Assembly: GCA_016198325.1 (NCBI GenBank)
Contig: JACQIV010000014.1
Coordinates: 1 to 39,001 of the forward strand
Reading direction: 5' to 3'
From: Candidatus Curtissbacteria bacterium
GTDB lineage: Bacteria > Patescibacteriota > Microgenomatia > Curtissbacterales > GWA2-41-24
Length of the DNA: 39,001 nt
Part shown: positions 18,856 through 27,165 of the stretch, piece by piece
How positions within the stretch are numbered: the stretch's first letter is position 1
Layout of the letters: each line of letters opens with the position of its first letter
Position numbers and translations under genes: made by a program
Notes under the pieces: generated by a model
The model's input: only the letters and a program-made list of their open reading frames with translations
Database searches by the model: none
What the model was told of the DNA's origin: nothing

Positions 18856-20033
18856 AAAGAAGTTTTTCGCCTCACTCATTCAAAAATAAATACCGCGGCT
18901 TAAGGCAATCGCGTCGCAGCCCAGCATCTTATAAAACGCACTCGGAAAAGTACATAAATAAGAATGTAGAAGTACAAACCGAAGAAAAGTACCGAAACAC
19001 CCACATTTTTTCCGATTTCGACATCGCAAGTATTCTCAAAGAAAACATCACAGCGCGTGGATACAAAATTCCGACGCCGATCCAGGATAAATCAATCCCA
19101 ATAATTCTCGAAGGGCACGATTTAATCGGAATAGCAAACACCGGCACTGGTAAAACCGCTGCTTTTCTTGTGCCTTTAATTAATAAGGTTCTTAATAAAC
19201 GAGACGAAAAAGTTTTAATTATTGTTCCAACCCGTGAGCTGGCTATGCAGATAGACGAAGAATTAAAGGCATTTGCAAGATCAACGGGTATTTTTTCCCA
19301 GGTCTGTATAGGTGGTGCCAATATTAATGCTCAGATTTCGGGGCTTTCCGGAAATCCCGGTTTTGTAATAGCGACACCGGGCAGGCTCAAGGATCTTATA
19401 AATAGGGGACTAGTTAATGCACTAACCTTCTCAAGTGTCGTTCTGGACGAAGTAGATAGAATGCTGGATATCGGTTTCATAAGGGATATCCGGTTTATAA
19501 TTTCGCACCTTCCCGAAGTTCGCCAATCACTCTTTTTCTCGGCAACAATCGACCGCGATGCAAATACCATTGTCCAGACTTTTCTTAAGGATCCGGTTAC
19601 GGTTTCCACAAAAGTTGGTCAAACGGCAGCGGGTGTCGAGCAGGACATTATCAAGGTAAATAGCAATTGGGAGAAATTTGAAAAACTATATTTCATGTTA
19701 AAGCAAAAAGAATTCTCAAAAGTGCTGATTTTCGGCCGCACAAAACGTGGCGTGGAAGGTTTGTCCCGGAGTCTTCGGAAAGAAGGTTTTTCTGCTGATT
19801 CAATCCATAGCAACAAATCACAAAGCCAGCGAATTAGGGCCCTTTCGCAGTTCAAAGGTGACCGCCTGCAAGTACTAGTTGCTACAGATATAGCAGCTCG
19901 TGGACTGGATATAGAAGCAGTATCGCACGTAATTAATTACGACGAACCATCGACCTACAACGATTACATCCACAGAATAGGCAGGACCGGCAGGGCAAAC
20001 AGGCAGGGCAAAGCCCTAACCTTCGTAATGTAA
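18852..20033 (+). CDS. DEAD-box RNA helicase (RhlE-like, DEVD variant)
   Basis: PTPIQ, TGTGKT, PTRELA, TPGRL, LDEVD, SAT, ARGLDI, HRIGRTGR. Confidence 0.96.
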   Translation: MKRSFSPHSFKNKYRGLRQSRRSPASYKTHSEKYINKNVEVQTEEKYRNTHIFSDFDIASILKENITARGYKIPTPIQDKSIPIILEGHDLIGIANTGTGKTAAFLVPLINKVLNKRDEKVLIIVPTRELAMQIDEELKAFARSTGIFSQVCIGGANINAQISGLSGNPGFVIATPGRLKDLINRGLVNALTFSSVVLDEVDRMLDIGFIRDIRFIISHLPEVRQSLFFSATIDRDANTIVQTFLKDPVTVSTKVGQTAAGVEQDIIKVNSNWEKFEKLYFMLKQKEFSKVLIFGRTKRGVEGLSRSLRKEGFSADSIHSNKSQSQRIRALSQFKGDRLQVLVATDIAARGLDIEAVSHVINYDEPSTYNDYIHRIGRTGRANRQGKALTFVM

Positions 20034-20064
20034 GTTTTCTCGAACGTGGGCATTTAACCTCACT

Positions 20065-20168
20065 TTATTCCGAGCGAGAAAACCCCGGCATTCATACCGG
20101 GGATGAGAGTGAATCTCGCGAAGCGAAGGATCAAAATACCACGGCCTTCAGGCCGTGCGTAGTTTATT
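20065..20168 (-). mobile_element. 104-bp miniature palindromic element, copy 1 (IS200/IS605 PATE-like)
   Basis: Identical to 22779-22882; two subterminal hairpins; TTATT at both ends. Confidence 0.85.
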
Positions 20169-20224
20169 GTTTTCAAGAATAAATATTCCTTTGAGGGATG
20201 ATGGGTAAAGAACAGAACTAACCA

Positions 20225-20252
20225 TTGCCAATTCCTGTAAATATTGTAGAAT
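20225..20252 (+). promoter_or_regulatory. Sigma70-type promoter
   Basis: TTGCCA-16 nt-TAGAAT, 9 nt before GTG at 20262. Confidence 0.5.
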
Positions 20253-20261
20253 TGTTTCTAA

Positions 20262-20495
20262 GTGAAAAACCTCGAAAAATTTGGCATTGACAGGAATTTC
20301 CTAATATCTGGTGCTATTGCGCTTGTTGCGGTTGCCGTTATACTCGTAATCTTTAAAGATTCAACTACCCGTTTCACTTTTGTAATGCCAGTCTTTGCCG
20401 GCTTTATTTTTTACAATATTCTGACTTCAAAGGATTTAGACAAAGAGGATGACGCAGAAGAAAAGAGTAAATCCGCTGCTAAAGGAAAAAAATAA
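20262..20495 (+). CDS. Small 2-TM hypothetical protein
   Basis: Two hydrophobic segments, charged tail, promoter upstream. Confidence 0.7.
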   Translation: MKNLEKFGIDRNFLISGAIALVAVAVILVIFKDSTTRFTFVMPVFAGFIFYNILTSKDLDKEDDAEEKSKSAAKGKK

Positions 20496-21584
20496 TTAAT
20501 AGGCGTAAGAAAGCTGTCTTCGCCAATCCTCAAAGCGTTTGACCAAGTCAATATTTTCCACCGGATACGGTTCGATCCCCAAACCGCTGAATCCGTAATT
20601 TAATAGCGCAGCCGCCGCGATTTCCCTATCTTCTATCGAATTTGCTCCCACAACAATTGCCATCAGGTTTTTGCCCTCACGGCTTGCTGTAACAATTGTA
20701 GCGTGGCCCGCTTCTTCCGTATAACCGATTTTTAACCCGTCTACACCGGGATATGTCCCCAGAAGTGCATTCCAGTTTGGCAGGTCAAATAATTTATGGT
20801 TTGCGTTGGCATCAAGCCGCAAATATTCGGAAGCAGCAATCTTTGCAATTAAAGGATAATTTGTTTTCGCGTCATTGGCAATTATCGCAAGATCGTAAAC
20901 GGTCGAATAGTGGTTGACAGAATCCAGACCGGTTGCCGTCTCAAGACGGGTGTTTGCGGCACCGATCTTCTTCAGTTTTTCGTTTACTAGTTGCATGAAA
21001 GTAGTGGTTCCGGATCCTGCTCGTTTTCCCAAATCATCGGCAATTACCTCTGTCGCGTCGTTTGCTGAAGTTAATATCGCTCCGGCGATCGCTTCACTAA
21101 GTGTTAATCTCTCCTTTTCTCTAAGTCCAAGCTTGGTTGGTATCTGCTCACTGGCATTTTTGGATACCACCAATAATTCATTTTCGGAAGCCAAATCAAG
21201 GGCAGTGATAACTGTTGCCAGCTTGGAAAGCGAAGCAGGTGCAATTTTTTCATTGAGATTGCTGGACCAAAGGACTTTGCCGGAATCTTCGTCAATTACA
21301 GCACCCGCACGGATTTGGGGTAAATTTTCAACATTTTCACTGCTTCCCGCGCCTTGCGGCTGCCAATAATCATTCCCGGTGAGCTTCTTTTTAGCATCAA
21401 AAAACGCCTCCCTCTTGTTTATTGGAACCGGTGAAAGGATAGAATTATCCTGGCTGTTTATCTGCCTGAAAACCGCAAAAGAAAGAACAAAAGCCAAAGC
21501 TATAAAAACAAGCCTCTTTTCAAAATTTAAAAAAATACTACCCTCAAATTTAAAGTTCTGCCGCATTTTAGTGAGTCTTAGCAT
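20496..21584 (-). CDS. D-alanyl-D-alanine carboxypeptidase (peptidase S11)
   Basis: PASLSK (SxxK), SANDA (SxN), GLKIGYT (KTG variant). Confidence 0.9.
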   Translation of the reverse strand: MLRLTKMRQNFKFEGSIFLNFEKRLVFIALAFVLSFAVFRQINSQDNSILSPVPINKREAFFDAKKKLTGNDYWQPQGAGSSENVENLPQIRAGAVIDEDSGKVLWSSNLNEKIAPASLSKLATVITALDLASENELLVVSKNASEQIPTKLGLREKERLTLSEAIAGAILTSANDATEVIADDLGKRAGSGTTTFMQLVNEKLKKIGAANTRLETATGLDSVNHYSTVYDLAIIANDAKTNYPLIAKIAASEYLRLDANANHKLFDLPNWNALLGTYPGVDGLKIGYTEEAGHATIVTASREGKNLMAIVVGANSIEDREIAAAALLNYGFSGLGIEPYPVENIDLVKRFEDWRRQLSYAY

Positions 21585-22902
21585 CTGCGAGGTTTATCCT
21601 GTTTTCTCCCGGAAATTTTTCAGAAAGAGTTTCCCAAAAGCTTTTTTCCCCTTCATCAAATCCCAACGCCCATATTCCGACACCCGCCAGGTTTTTCTCC
21701 TTGGCAAAATCGTACTTTAGGGAAAGCGATTTTTTATCTTCCATATAAACAACATGCCAGCCAGTCTCGTCCCAATAACCACGCCAAGAAACTTTTGCAT
21801 CATCGTCCCAGCCCCCGAGTGGAGTAGTCATCAGAAGTTGGTTACTATTAACTTTTTCCTGGGTTGTTGCAAAAGAACTTCCCCATGACCGGTCAGCCTT
21901 AGGTTGCGGGTCAACGGAAGGGTAATTCCAGCCGTAATAAGGAACTCCCATGATGATTTTGTCGGCAGGTGCTACCTTAAGAAAATCGTCTACCGCCGTC
22001 GAAACGTCGTACCAAAAAGGTCCCTTGCCGTTGTTATACCCGTAAAACGGCGCGCTCGGTCCGATTTTTTCCGAACCCGGATAGTAAAAGTCATAAGCCA
22101 TCATAAAAATCCCGTCAGTGTGTTTTGCCAAAAACCCAAGATCATAAATTTTGTTATCTTTTGCAGAAGATGCGATTACGGAAACGGTAATATAAGGATT
22201 TTGTTTTGTCTCTGCCTCCACTCTTTCCGAAAAGTAAGCAATAAATTTGGAAAAGCGGCTTCTTAAATAATCATCGGAAGGCATGAATTCAAAATCGATA
22301 TTGACCCCGTCCAGCTCGCGGTTATTCAAGATTGCAATCGTCTCCGCTGTCGTATTTTCCCAGGCTTCTTCGTCGTATAAAAATAACCTAATATCGTAAG
22401 GCTCCATCTGAGTGAGCGTTACTACCCTGCGAACATCATGTGACTTGGCTTTTTCAAATAAATTGGCGAGCTTCGGGCTTTCAAAAACTCCCCATTCATA
22501 AGAAGTCCTATCAATAGAACCGTCAGCAAAAACCGGCAGGGAAAAATAGGCAAACGTAGTTAAAGTATCCCAATCAACATTGTCCATTTTGGAAAGCGTC
22601 CAGTAAGGAGCGAAACCAAATACTTCCTGTTTTGGCACGGCAGAAGCAGCAACCGGCGGTAAAAATTTAGCGATAAACGATGGTCTTGAAACAACTACAA
22701 AACCTAAAAAAAAGATCCCGCAAACTAGGATCACAGAGGTCAAAAGCCAAGTGTATTTTCTCCGTAAGTTTTTCCGGATTATTCCGAGCGAGAAAACCCC
22801 GGCATTCATACCGGGGATGAGAGTGAATCTCGCGAAGCGAAGGATCAAAATACCACGGCCTTCAGGCCGTGCGTAGTTTATTTCTGGCAGGGAAGGTAAC
22901 AT
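21568..22902 (-). CDS. GH18 glycoside hydrolase, membrane anchored, with 33-aa in-frame element insertion
   Basis: LDGVNIDFE catalytic motif, MAYD, MGVPYYG, LAGVGIWALG. Confidence 0.9.
   Translation of the reverse strand: MLPSLPEINYARPEGRGILILRFARFTLIPGMNAGVFSLGIIRKNLRRKYTWLLTSVILVCGIFFLGFVVVSRPSFIAKFLPPVAASAVPKQEVFGFAPYWTLSKMDNVDWDTLTTFAYFSLPVFADGSIDRTSYEWGVFESPKLANLFEKAKSHDVRRVVTLTQMEPYDIRLFLYDEEAWENTTAETIAILNNRELDGVNIDFEFMPSDDYLRSRFSKFIAYFSERVEAETKQNPYITVSVIASSAKDNKIYDLGFLAKHTDGIFMMAYDFYYPGSEKIGPSAPFYGYNNGKGPFWYDVSTAVDDFLKVAPADKIIMGVPYYGWNYPSVDPQPKADRSWGSSFATTQEKVNSNQLLMTTPLGGWDDDAKVSWRGYWDETGWHVVYMEDKKSLSLKYDFAKEKNLAGVGIWALGFDEGEKSFWETLSEKFPGENRINLADAKTH
22779..22882 (-). mobile_element. 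104-bp miniature palindromic element, copy 2, in frame within GH18
   Basis: Identical to 20065-20168; removing 99 bp gives MLPSLPEIIRKNLRRKY. Confidence 0.88.
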
Positions 22903-22938
22903 TAGGTAAAATTTCTTTCCGCAACTAAAGGAATCAAA

Positions 22939-22967
22939 AGGGTAGCAAGTGAAAATTACAGTGTCAA
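22939..22967 (-). promoter_or_regulatory. Sigma70-type promoter for GH18 and the carboxypeptidase
   Basis: Minus strand TTGACA-17 nt-TACCCT with TG extension. Confidence 0.55.
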
Positions 22968-22994
22968 GTCGAGGTTTGGAAGAAAAACAATAAT

Positions 22995-23017
22995 TTATAC
23001 CTTTTCCGTCACTCTAT
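22995..23017 (-). pseudogene. Recoded remnant of the GT2 3' end
   Basis: AGA GTG ACG GAA AAG GTA TAA (RVTEKV*) versus the gene's AGA GTA ACT GAG AAA GTT TAG. Confidence 0.8.
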
Positions 23018-23043
23018 TCGCAGAAAGAGTGACTTCCATAAAT

Positions 23044-24537
23044 CTAAACTTTCTCAGTTACTCTATACTCCAAATATTTTCCAAGCATCAGCCTTGTATG
23101 CGCGTCGATTCCCGGTAAAGCGGTAAACAGGAAAGTAATAACAGGCATCAAAATATACTCAAATGGGGTCAGGACTTTTTTAACGAAAGTTGCATGTTCG
23201 CTTCTTTTTGGCCTCTGTCTCCAGTCAATAACAATGATAACTGCCAAAAATATCCAGCAGGTGGTCAAAATCCCAAAAGATACCCTTGGCAAATTCTGGC
23301 CCATCACCGTTTGGGCAAAAGCTGGGTTCAGAAGTGTCGGGATAGTTGCCCCAAGAGTTATCGCAAACCAGTTAACCGGCCAAAGAAAATGGTCCTCGAT
23401 TACTTTAAAAACCCGGATTGTCCTTCTCCAGAAAGGAATATGCGTGTGTGTCAGCCACTTTTTAATAATGTAAGCATCGTCCGAAACTCCCCAGGCCCAA
23501 CGTCTTTCCTGCTCATAAAAATTAATTAAGGATTTAATATACGTTGTCGATTCAGCTGCATCCGCATTGGCCGGTAAAAACACCGGGTCAACATCGACTA
23601 AACCGTCTTTTGCGAAAAAACTTTTGAAGAAAATCCGGTAATCTTCCGGAATTACATCGACATCCCAGTAACCGACCTCATGAAGGAGCTTCATGGAAAG
23701 TGAATACATCGAATAATTTACAAGTCTGTCAGTCCTCGAATTTTGTGCTGTCTGCCAAACAGAGCCGAGTGAATTCATAACTCTAATTGGCGCGGGTACT
23801 TTCCAAATATTTGTGTAAAAAAGAATTATAGGCTGCCAAAATAGCAGATACCTTTTTTCTCCCTTGGAAAGAAATTTAAAGGTCAAGCATGAAAGATATT
23901 TTTCGTGAAGCTGCCCGTCGGCATCTTTGGAGGTAACCGTCATAAAGTTGATATCCAGCTTCTTTTTATCTATCAAAAACTTTTTTGCAATTTTTCCGGC
24001 ATATGCCTCATTGGAAGATTTACCTTTTACTTCATGGGCAATGTCGGGATGAAACGTAAAAAAAAGATTGCCGAAATGTTGGCCGTATTTTTTTCTGATC
24101 GCTGCGGCTTTGTCTCTGGCGTCTTTTCCTTCGCGTGCTTCAAAAGCGACACAAATAGAAATTCTCTTTTTTGGAAAATCTTGCCGAACTAGTGAATCAA
24201 GCCCCCGTTCCAGAACATGAAGCGGTTCCTTATAAGTCGGAATCAGGACTAAATGATGAACCTTAACAAAATCCTTAAGTTTTTTTGCATCTGCAAGCCA
24301 GTCATATTTTTGGGCAGCATTTAACTTCAGATGGGAAAGTATAGCCGAAAAAGCCATAATGGCACTTTTATAGAACCAGAAAATAATAAAGAAGATAATG
24401 TAATAAGCAACGTAATGGGGAACCCAGAAAGAACCCCAAACCGGGAAGAGAATCAAAGTCCACGAAAAAGTCCCTGGTAATATTTCCAGGAACCTGTGTA
24501 TTATCGGATCATGTTTTTCAACAAACCTTCGCATCAT
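23044..24537 (-). CDS. Processive-type GT2 membrane glycosyltransferase
   Basis: IPTYKE, GKSSN, DAD, IPED, QERRWAWG (QxxRW), flanking TM helices. Confidence 0.9.
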   Translation of the reverse strand: MMRRFVEKHDPIIHRFLEILPGTFSWTLILFPVWGSFWVPHYVAYYIIFFIIFWFYKSAIMAFSAILSHLKLNAAQKYDWLADAKKLKDFVKVHHLVLIPTYKEPLHVLERGLDSLVRQDFPKKRISICVAFEAREGKDARDKAAAIRKKYGQHFGNLFFTFHPDIAHEVKGKSSNEAYAGKIAKKFLIDKKKLDINFMTVTSKDADGQLHEKYLSCLTFKFLSKGEKRYLLFWQPIILFYTNIWKVPAPIRVMNSLGSVWQTAQNSRTDRLVNYSMYSLSMKLLHEVGYWDVDVIPEDYRIFFKSFFAKDGLVDVDPVFLPANADAAESTTYIKSLINFYEQERRWAWGVSDDAYIIKKWLTHTHIPFWRRTIRVFKVIEDHFLWPVNWFAITLGATIPTLLNPAFAQTVMGQNLPRVSFGILTTCWIFLAVIIVIDWRQRPKRSEHATFVKKVLTPFEYILMPVITFLFTALPGIDAHTRLMLGKYLEYRVTEKV

Positions 24538-24617
24538 ATATTTTTTGCGTTGAAAAATATATCAAAGGAGCCACATTGCAAGAAGCGTTGCTCTCGCAAG
24601 TGGAACTGCTGATATAA

Positions 24618-24636
24618 TTTCAACAAACCGCTTCAT
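24618..24636 (-). pseudogene. Remnant of the GT2 5' end (opens a 24-aa ORF ending at 24562)
   Basis: ATG AAG CGG TTT GTT GAA A (MKRFVE) versus the gene's ATG CGA AGG TTT GTT GAA A (MRRFVE). Confidence 0.65.
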
Positions 24637-24694
24637 TATATTAATTTATTATCCTCCTTTTATTCGTATAAATTCGGATTAAGTAACTCGTAAC

Positions 24695-25531
24695 CTATTC
24701 GAATTTAAACAACCTCTTCGCATTAGCAGCCGTGGCAGAGTAAATGTCGATAGGCGAAACATTACGGAGGCCTGCTATGAAGTCGGCGATTATTTTAACA
24801 TTTTTAGGCTCGTTTTTGCTACCTCGGTGCGGTTCGGGTGCAAGAAAGGGCGAATCTGTCTCAATCAACATCCTCTCAAGCGTGACCATCTTTGCTGTTT
24901 CCTGTACTAAAGGGGCGTTTTTAAATGTCACAATTCCCGAAAAAGAAATATAAAATCCAAGTTCAAGCACTTTTTTTGCAGCCTCAACACCCCCGGTCCA
25001 GGAATGAAAAACCCCTTTTAAAGTCGAGGACTGTCCTCGCCAATTTTTAGAATTGGAAATCATTTCAAATATCTCATCCCACGCATTCCGGCAATGAATT
25101 ATCAATGGTAAATTTAAGCCAACAGCCAAATCTATCTGTTTTTTAAATAATTCTCTTTGAAATTGCTTGTCTTTGTCGACTGTTGGTACCCTTTTCTCTC
25201 CCTCCAAATAGTAGTCAAGGCCACACTCTCCAACAGCTATAACCTTCTTTGACGATCTTGCCAACTGTTTTAATGTTTTAATACACTGCAACAAGTCCAT
25301 TTCTCCTACTTCGTCTTTTCCGTCCTGTGGATGAATTCCACACGTTGCGTAAATTTGTAGATCATCCCTGGAGTATTTTTCAGCAACCTCGATGGATTTT
25401 TTGCTTGCTTCGATTGAAGTGCCAACGCAAACGATTTTATCAACGCCAGCCTTTTTTGAATCAGCAAGTATCTCATCAATGGTTCTGCCTTCCGGTAAGA
25501 AATCTAAATGGGCATGGGAGTCAATAAGCAT
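24695..25531 (-). CDS. tatD: TatD family DNase
   Basis: MLIDSHAH, GIHP, VGECGLDY, IIHCR, GVFHS, ETDSPFLAP.P.RG..NEP; follows metG. Confidence 0.95.
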   Translation of the reverse strand: MLIDSHAHLDFLPEGRTIDEILADSKKAGVDKIVCVGTSIEASKKSIEVAEKYSRDDLQIYATCGIHPQDGKDEVGEMDLLQCIKTLKQLARSSKKVIAVGECGLDYYLEGEKRVPTVDKDKQFQRELFKKQIDLAVGLNLPLIIHCRNAWDEIFEMISNSKNWRGQSSTLKGVFHSWTGGVEAAKKVLELGFYISFSGIVTFKNAPLVQETAKMVTLERMLIETDSPFLAPEPHRGSKNEPKNVKIIADFIAGLRNVSPIDIYSATAANAKRLFKFE

Positions 25532-25551
25532 ATTTATATTTCCCTCCACCG

Positions 25552-25661
25552 GTCATCCTCGCGAAAGCAGGGATATGACATTCGCCCCGGGAACTAAACC
25601 TCAAGGGATTTTTGATCCCGCCAAAGGCAAGGTTCGCCCCCGGCGACAGATCGAGAATGAC
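25552..25661. repeat. About 110-bp palindromic (CIR/RPE-like) intergenic element
   Basis: Terminal inverted repeat GTCATCCTCG / CGAGAATGAC (9/10); internal ATCCTCGCGAAAGCAGGGAT hairpin; TTCGCCCC occurs twice. Confidence 0.6.
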
Positions 25662-25696
25662 AGAAAGATAGCAATTTCTCGCACTGATTTTTTTAC

Positions 25697-27118
25697 TCAC
25701 AACCGTGGGAACAAAGGTTTTTCCGATTTAATTTCCCCGTTAAACTGCTGCATAATCCTTTCCGAAGTTTCGGGCATAAAAGGAGAAAGATTATATGCAA
25801 TTTCACGGATTGCAGAGGCAATTGGTGTTATTACTGACTTTAACGCCTTACCATCCTTTTCCCATGGTTTTTCGTCATTTATTAATTTATCCAACCTCGA
25901 AACTTCCTCCCATATGGCAAAAGCGGCATGGTCAAATCTAAATTTATCCAAATTGGCAGAGACTTCTTTTAAGAATACATACTTTCCCTTTTTTGGAAGC
26001 TTCAGGCTTACTTCCTGGCACAGCCTTGCAACCCTTGCCACTAAATTACCAAGTCCGTTTGCCAACTCTCCATTGTAAATTTCTACTAACCTTTTTTCCG
26101 AAAAATCACCGTCTCCCCACGAAGGGATTTCCCGAAGTAAATAGTATCGAATAACTTCACTGCCGTACTTTTTAACCATTTCAAAAGGGTCGATCACATT
26201 ACCAAGAGTTTTGGAAATTTTTTGTCCCTCGATTGTTATATAACCATGCACAAATTCCAAGGTAGGCAGGGGGACTCCGGCAGAAGCGAGCATTGCTATC
26301 CAGTAAACAGCATGGAAACGGATGATACCCTTTCCAATCACGTGAATCCTATTTGGGTTAGTTGTCCAAAACTTACCAAAAAGTTTCTCTTCACGTGCAA
26401 AACCCAAAGCTGTCAAATAAGTGACCAATGCATCAAACCAGACGTACATCACCTGTGAATCGTCCCCGGGTACCGGAACTCCCCAACCCCTTGCTCTTTC
26501 GACTGACCGGGAAATACTAAAATCTTCCAGCCCGCCTTCAATAAAGGCGAGAACCTCTTTTTTCCTTGTCTGGGGAATTATTTTTAAACTGTCTTTTTTA
26601 ATTAATTCTCTCAGGAATTCTTGATAGTTACTAAGCTTAAAAAAATAATTTTCCTCTTCGACTTTGTCTATGTTTGTATGGCCATCCGGACACTTCCCGT
26701 CTTTTATCTCTAAAGGTGTATAAAAAGCCTCACAACCCACACAATAAAGCCCTTTATAGTTTTTCTTGTAAATGTCTTCTTTTTTACACAACGACCATAA
26801 TTTCTGGGCTCCCTTTATATGGCGTGCATCGGACGTCCTGTTAAAAACGTCCCATGTCAAATTGAGGGCAGGTTTTAAATCCTCAAACAATTTCGCATTT
26901 CTGTCAACAAGCTCCTTCGTGGAAATTCCTTCTGCTTCTGCCGCCTGGACATTTTTCAGCGAGTTTTCGTCCGCCCCGGAAGAAAAGTAAACATCGTTCC
27001 CCAATAATCTCTGGTACCTGACGTAACAATCGCTCATGACCGCCTCCAACGCAAAACCAATATGCGGAGCCGCATTGACGTAAGGTATAGCCGTCGTTAA
27101 ATAAACTTTTTTAGCCAT
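25697..27118 (-). CDS. metG: Methionyl-tRNA synthetase (short monomeric form)
   Basis: YLTTAIPYVN..PHIG, YVWFDAL, IGKGI.RFH, KISKT, LAN.LGNL..R, LFPR. Confidence 0.97.
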   Translation of the reverse strand: MAKKVYLTTAIPYVNAAPHIGFALEAVMSDCYVRYQRLLGNDVYFSSGADENSLKNVQAAEAEGISTKELVDRNAKLFEDLKPALNLTWDVFNRTSDARHIKGAQKLWSLCKKEDIYKKNYKGLYCVGCEAFYTPLEIKDGKCPDGHTNIDKVEEENYFFKLSNYQEFLRELIKKDSLKIIPQTRKKEVLAFIEGGLEDFSISRSVERARGWGVPVPGDDSQVMYVWFDALVTYLTALGFAREEKLFGKFWTTNPNRIHVIGKGIIRFHAVYWIAMLASAGVPLPTLEFVHGYITIEGQKISKTLGNVIDPFEMVKKYGSEVIRYYLLREIPSWGDGDFSEKRLVEIYNGELANGLGNLVARVARLCQEVSLKLPKKGKYVFLKEVSANLDKFRFDHAAFAIWEEVSRLDKLINDEKPWEKDGKALKSVITPIASAIREIAYNLSPFMPETSERIMQQFNGEIKSEKPLFPRL

Positions 27119-27165
27119 ATGGGAATTATATATTTAAATTCGAATCTCAATAAACTCGGACAATA

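Noticed and set aside
20065-22882. The 104-bp repeats as a CRISPR array or tRNA/att duplication
   Set aside because: Only two copies 2.7 kb apart, with no spacers, cas genes or cloverleaf.
24558-24616. Hairpin as an integron attC site
   Set aside because: No RYYYAAC/GTTRRRY core boxes at the ends and no integron integrase in the window.
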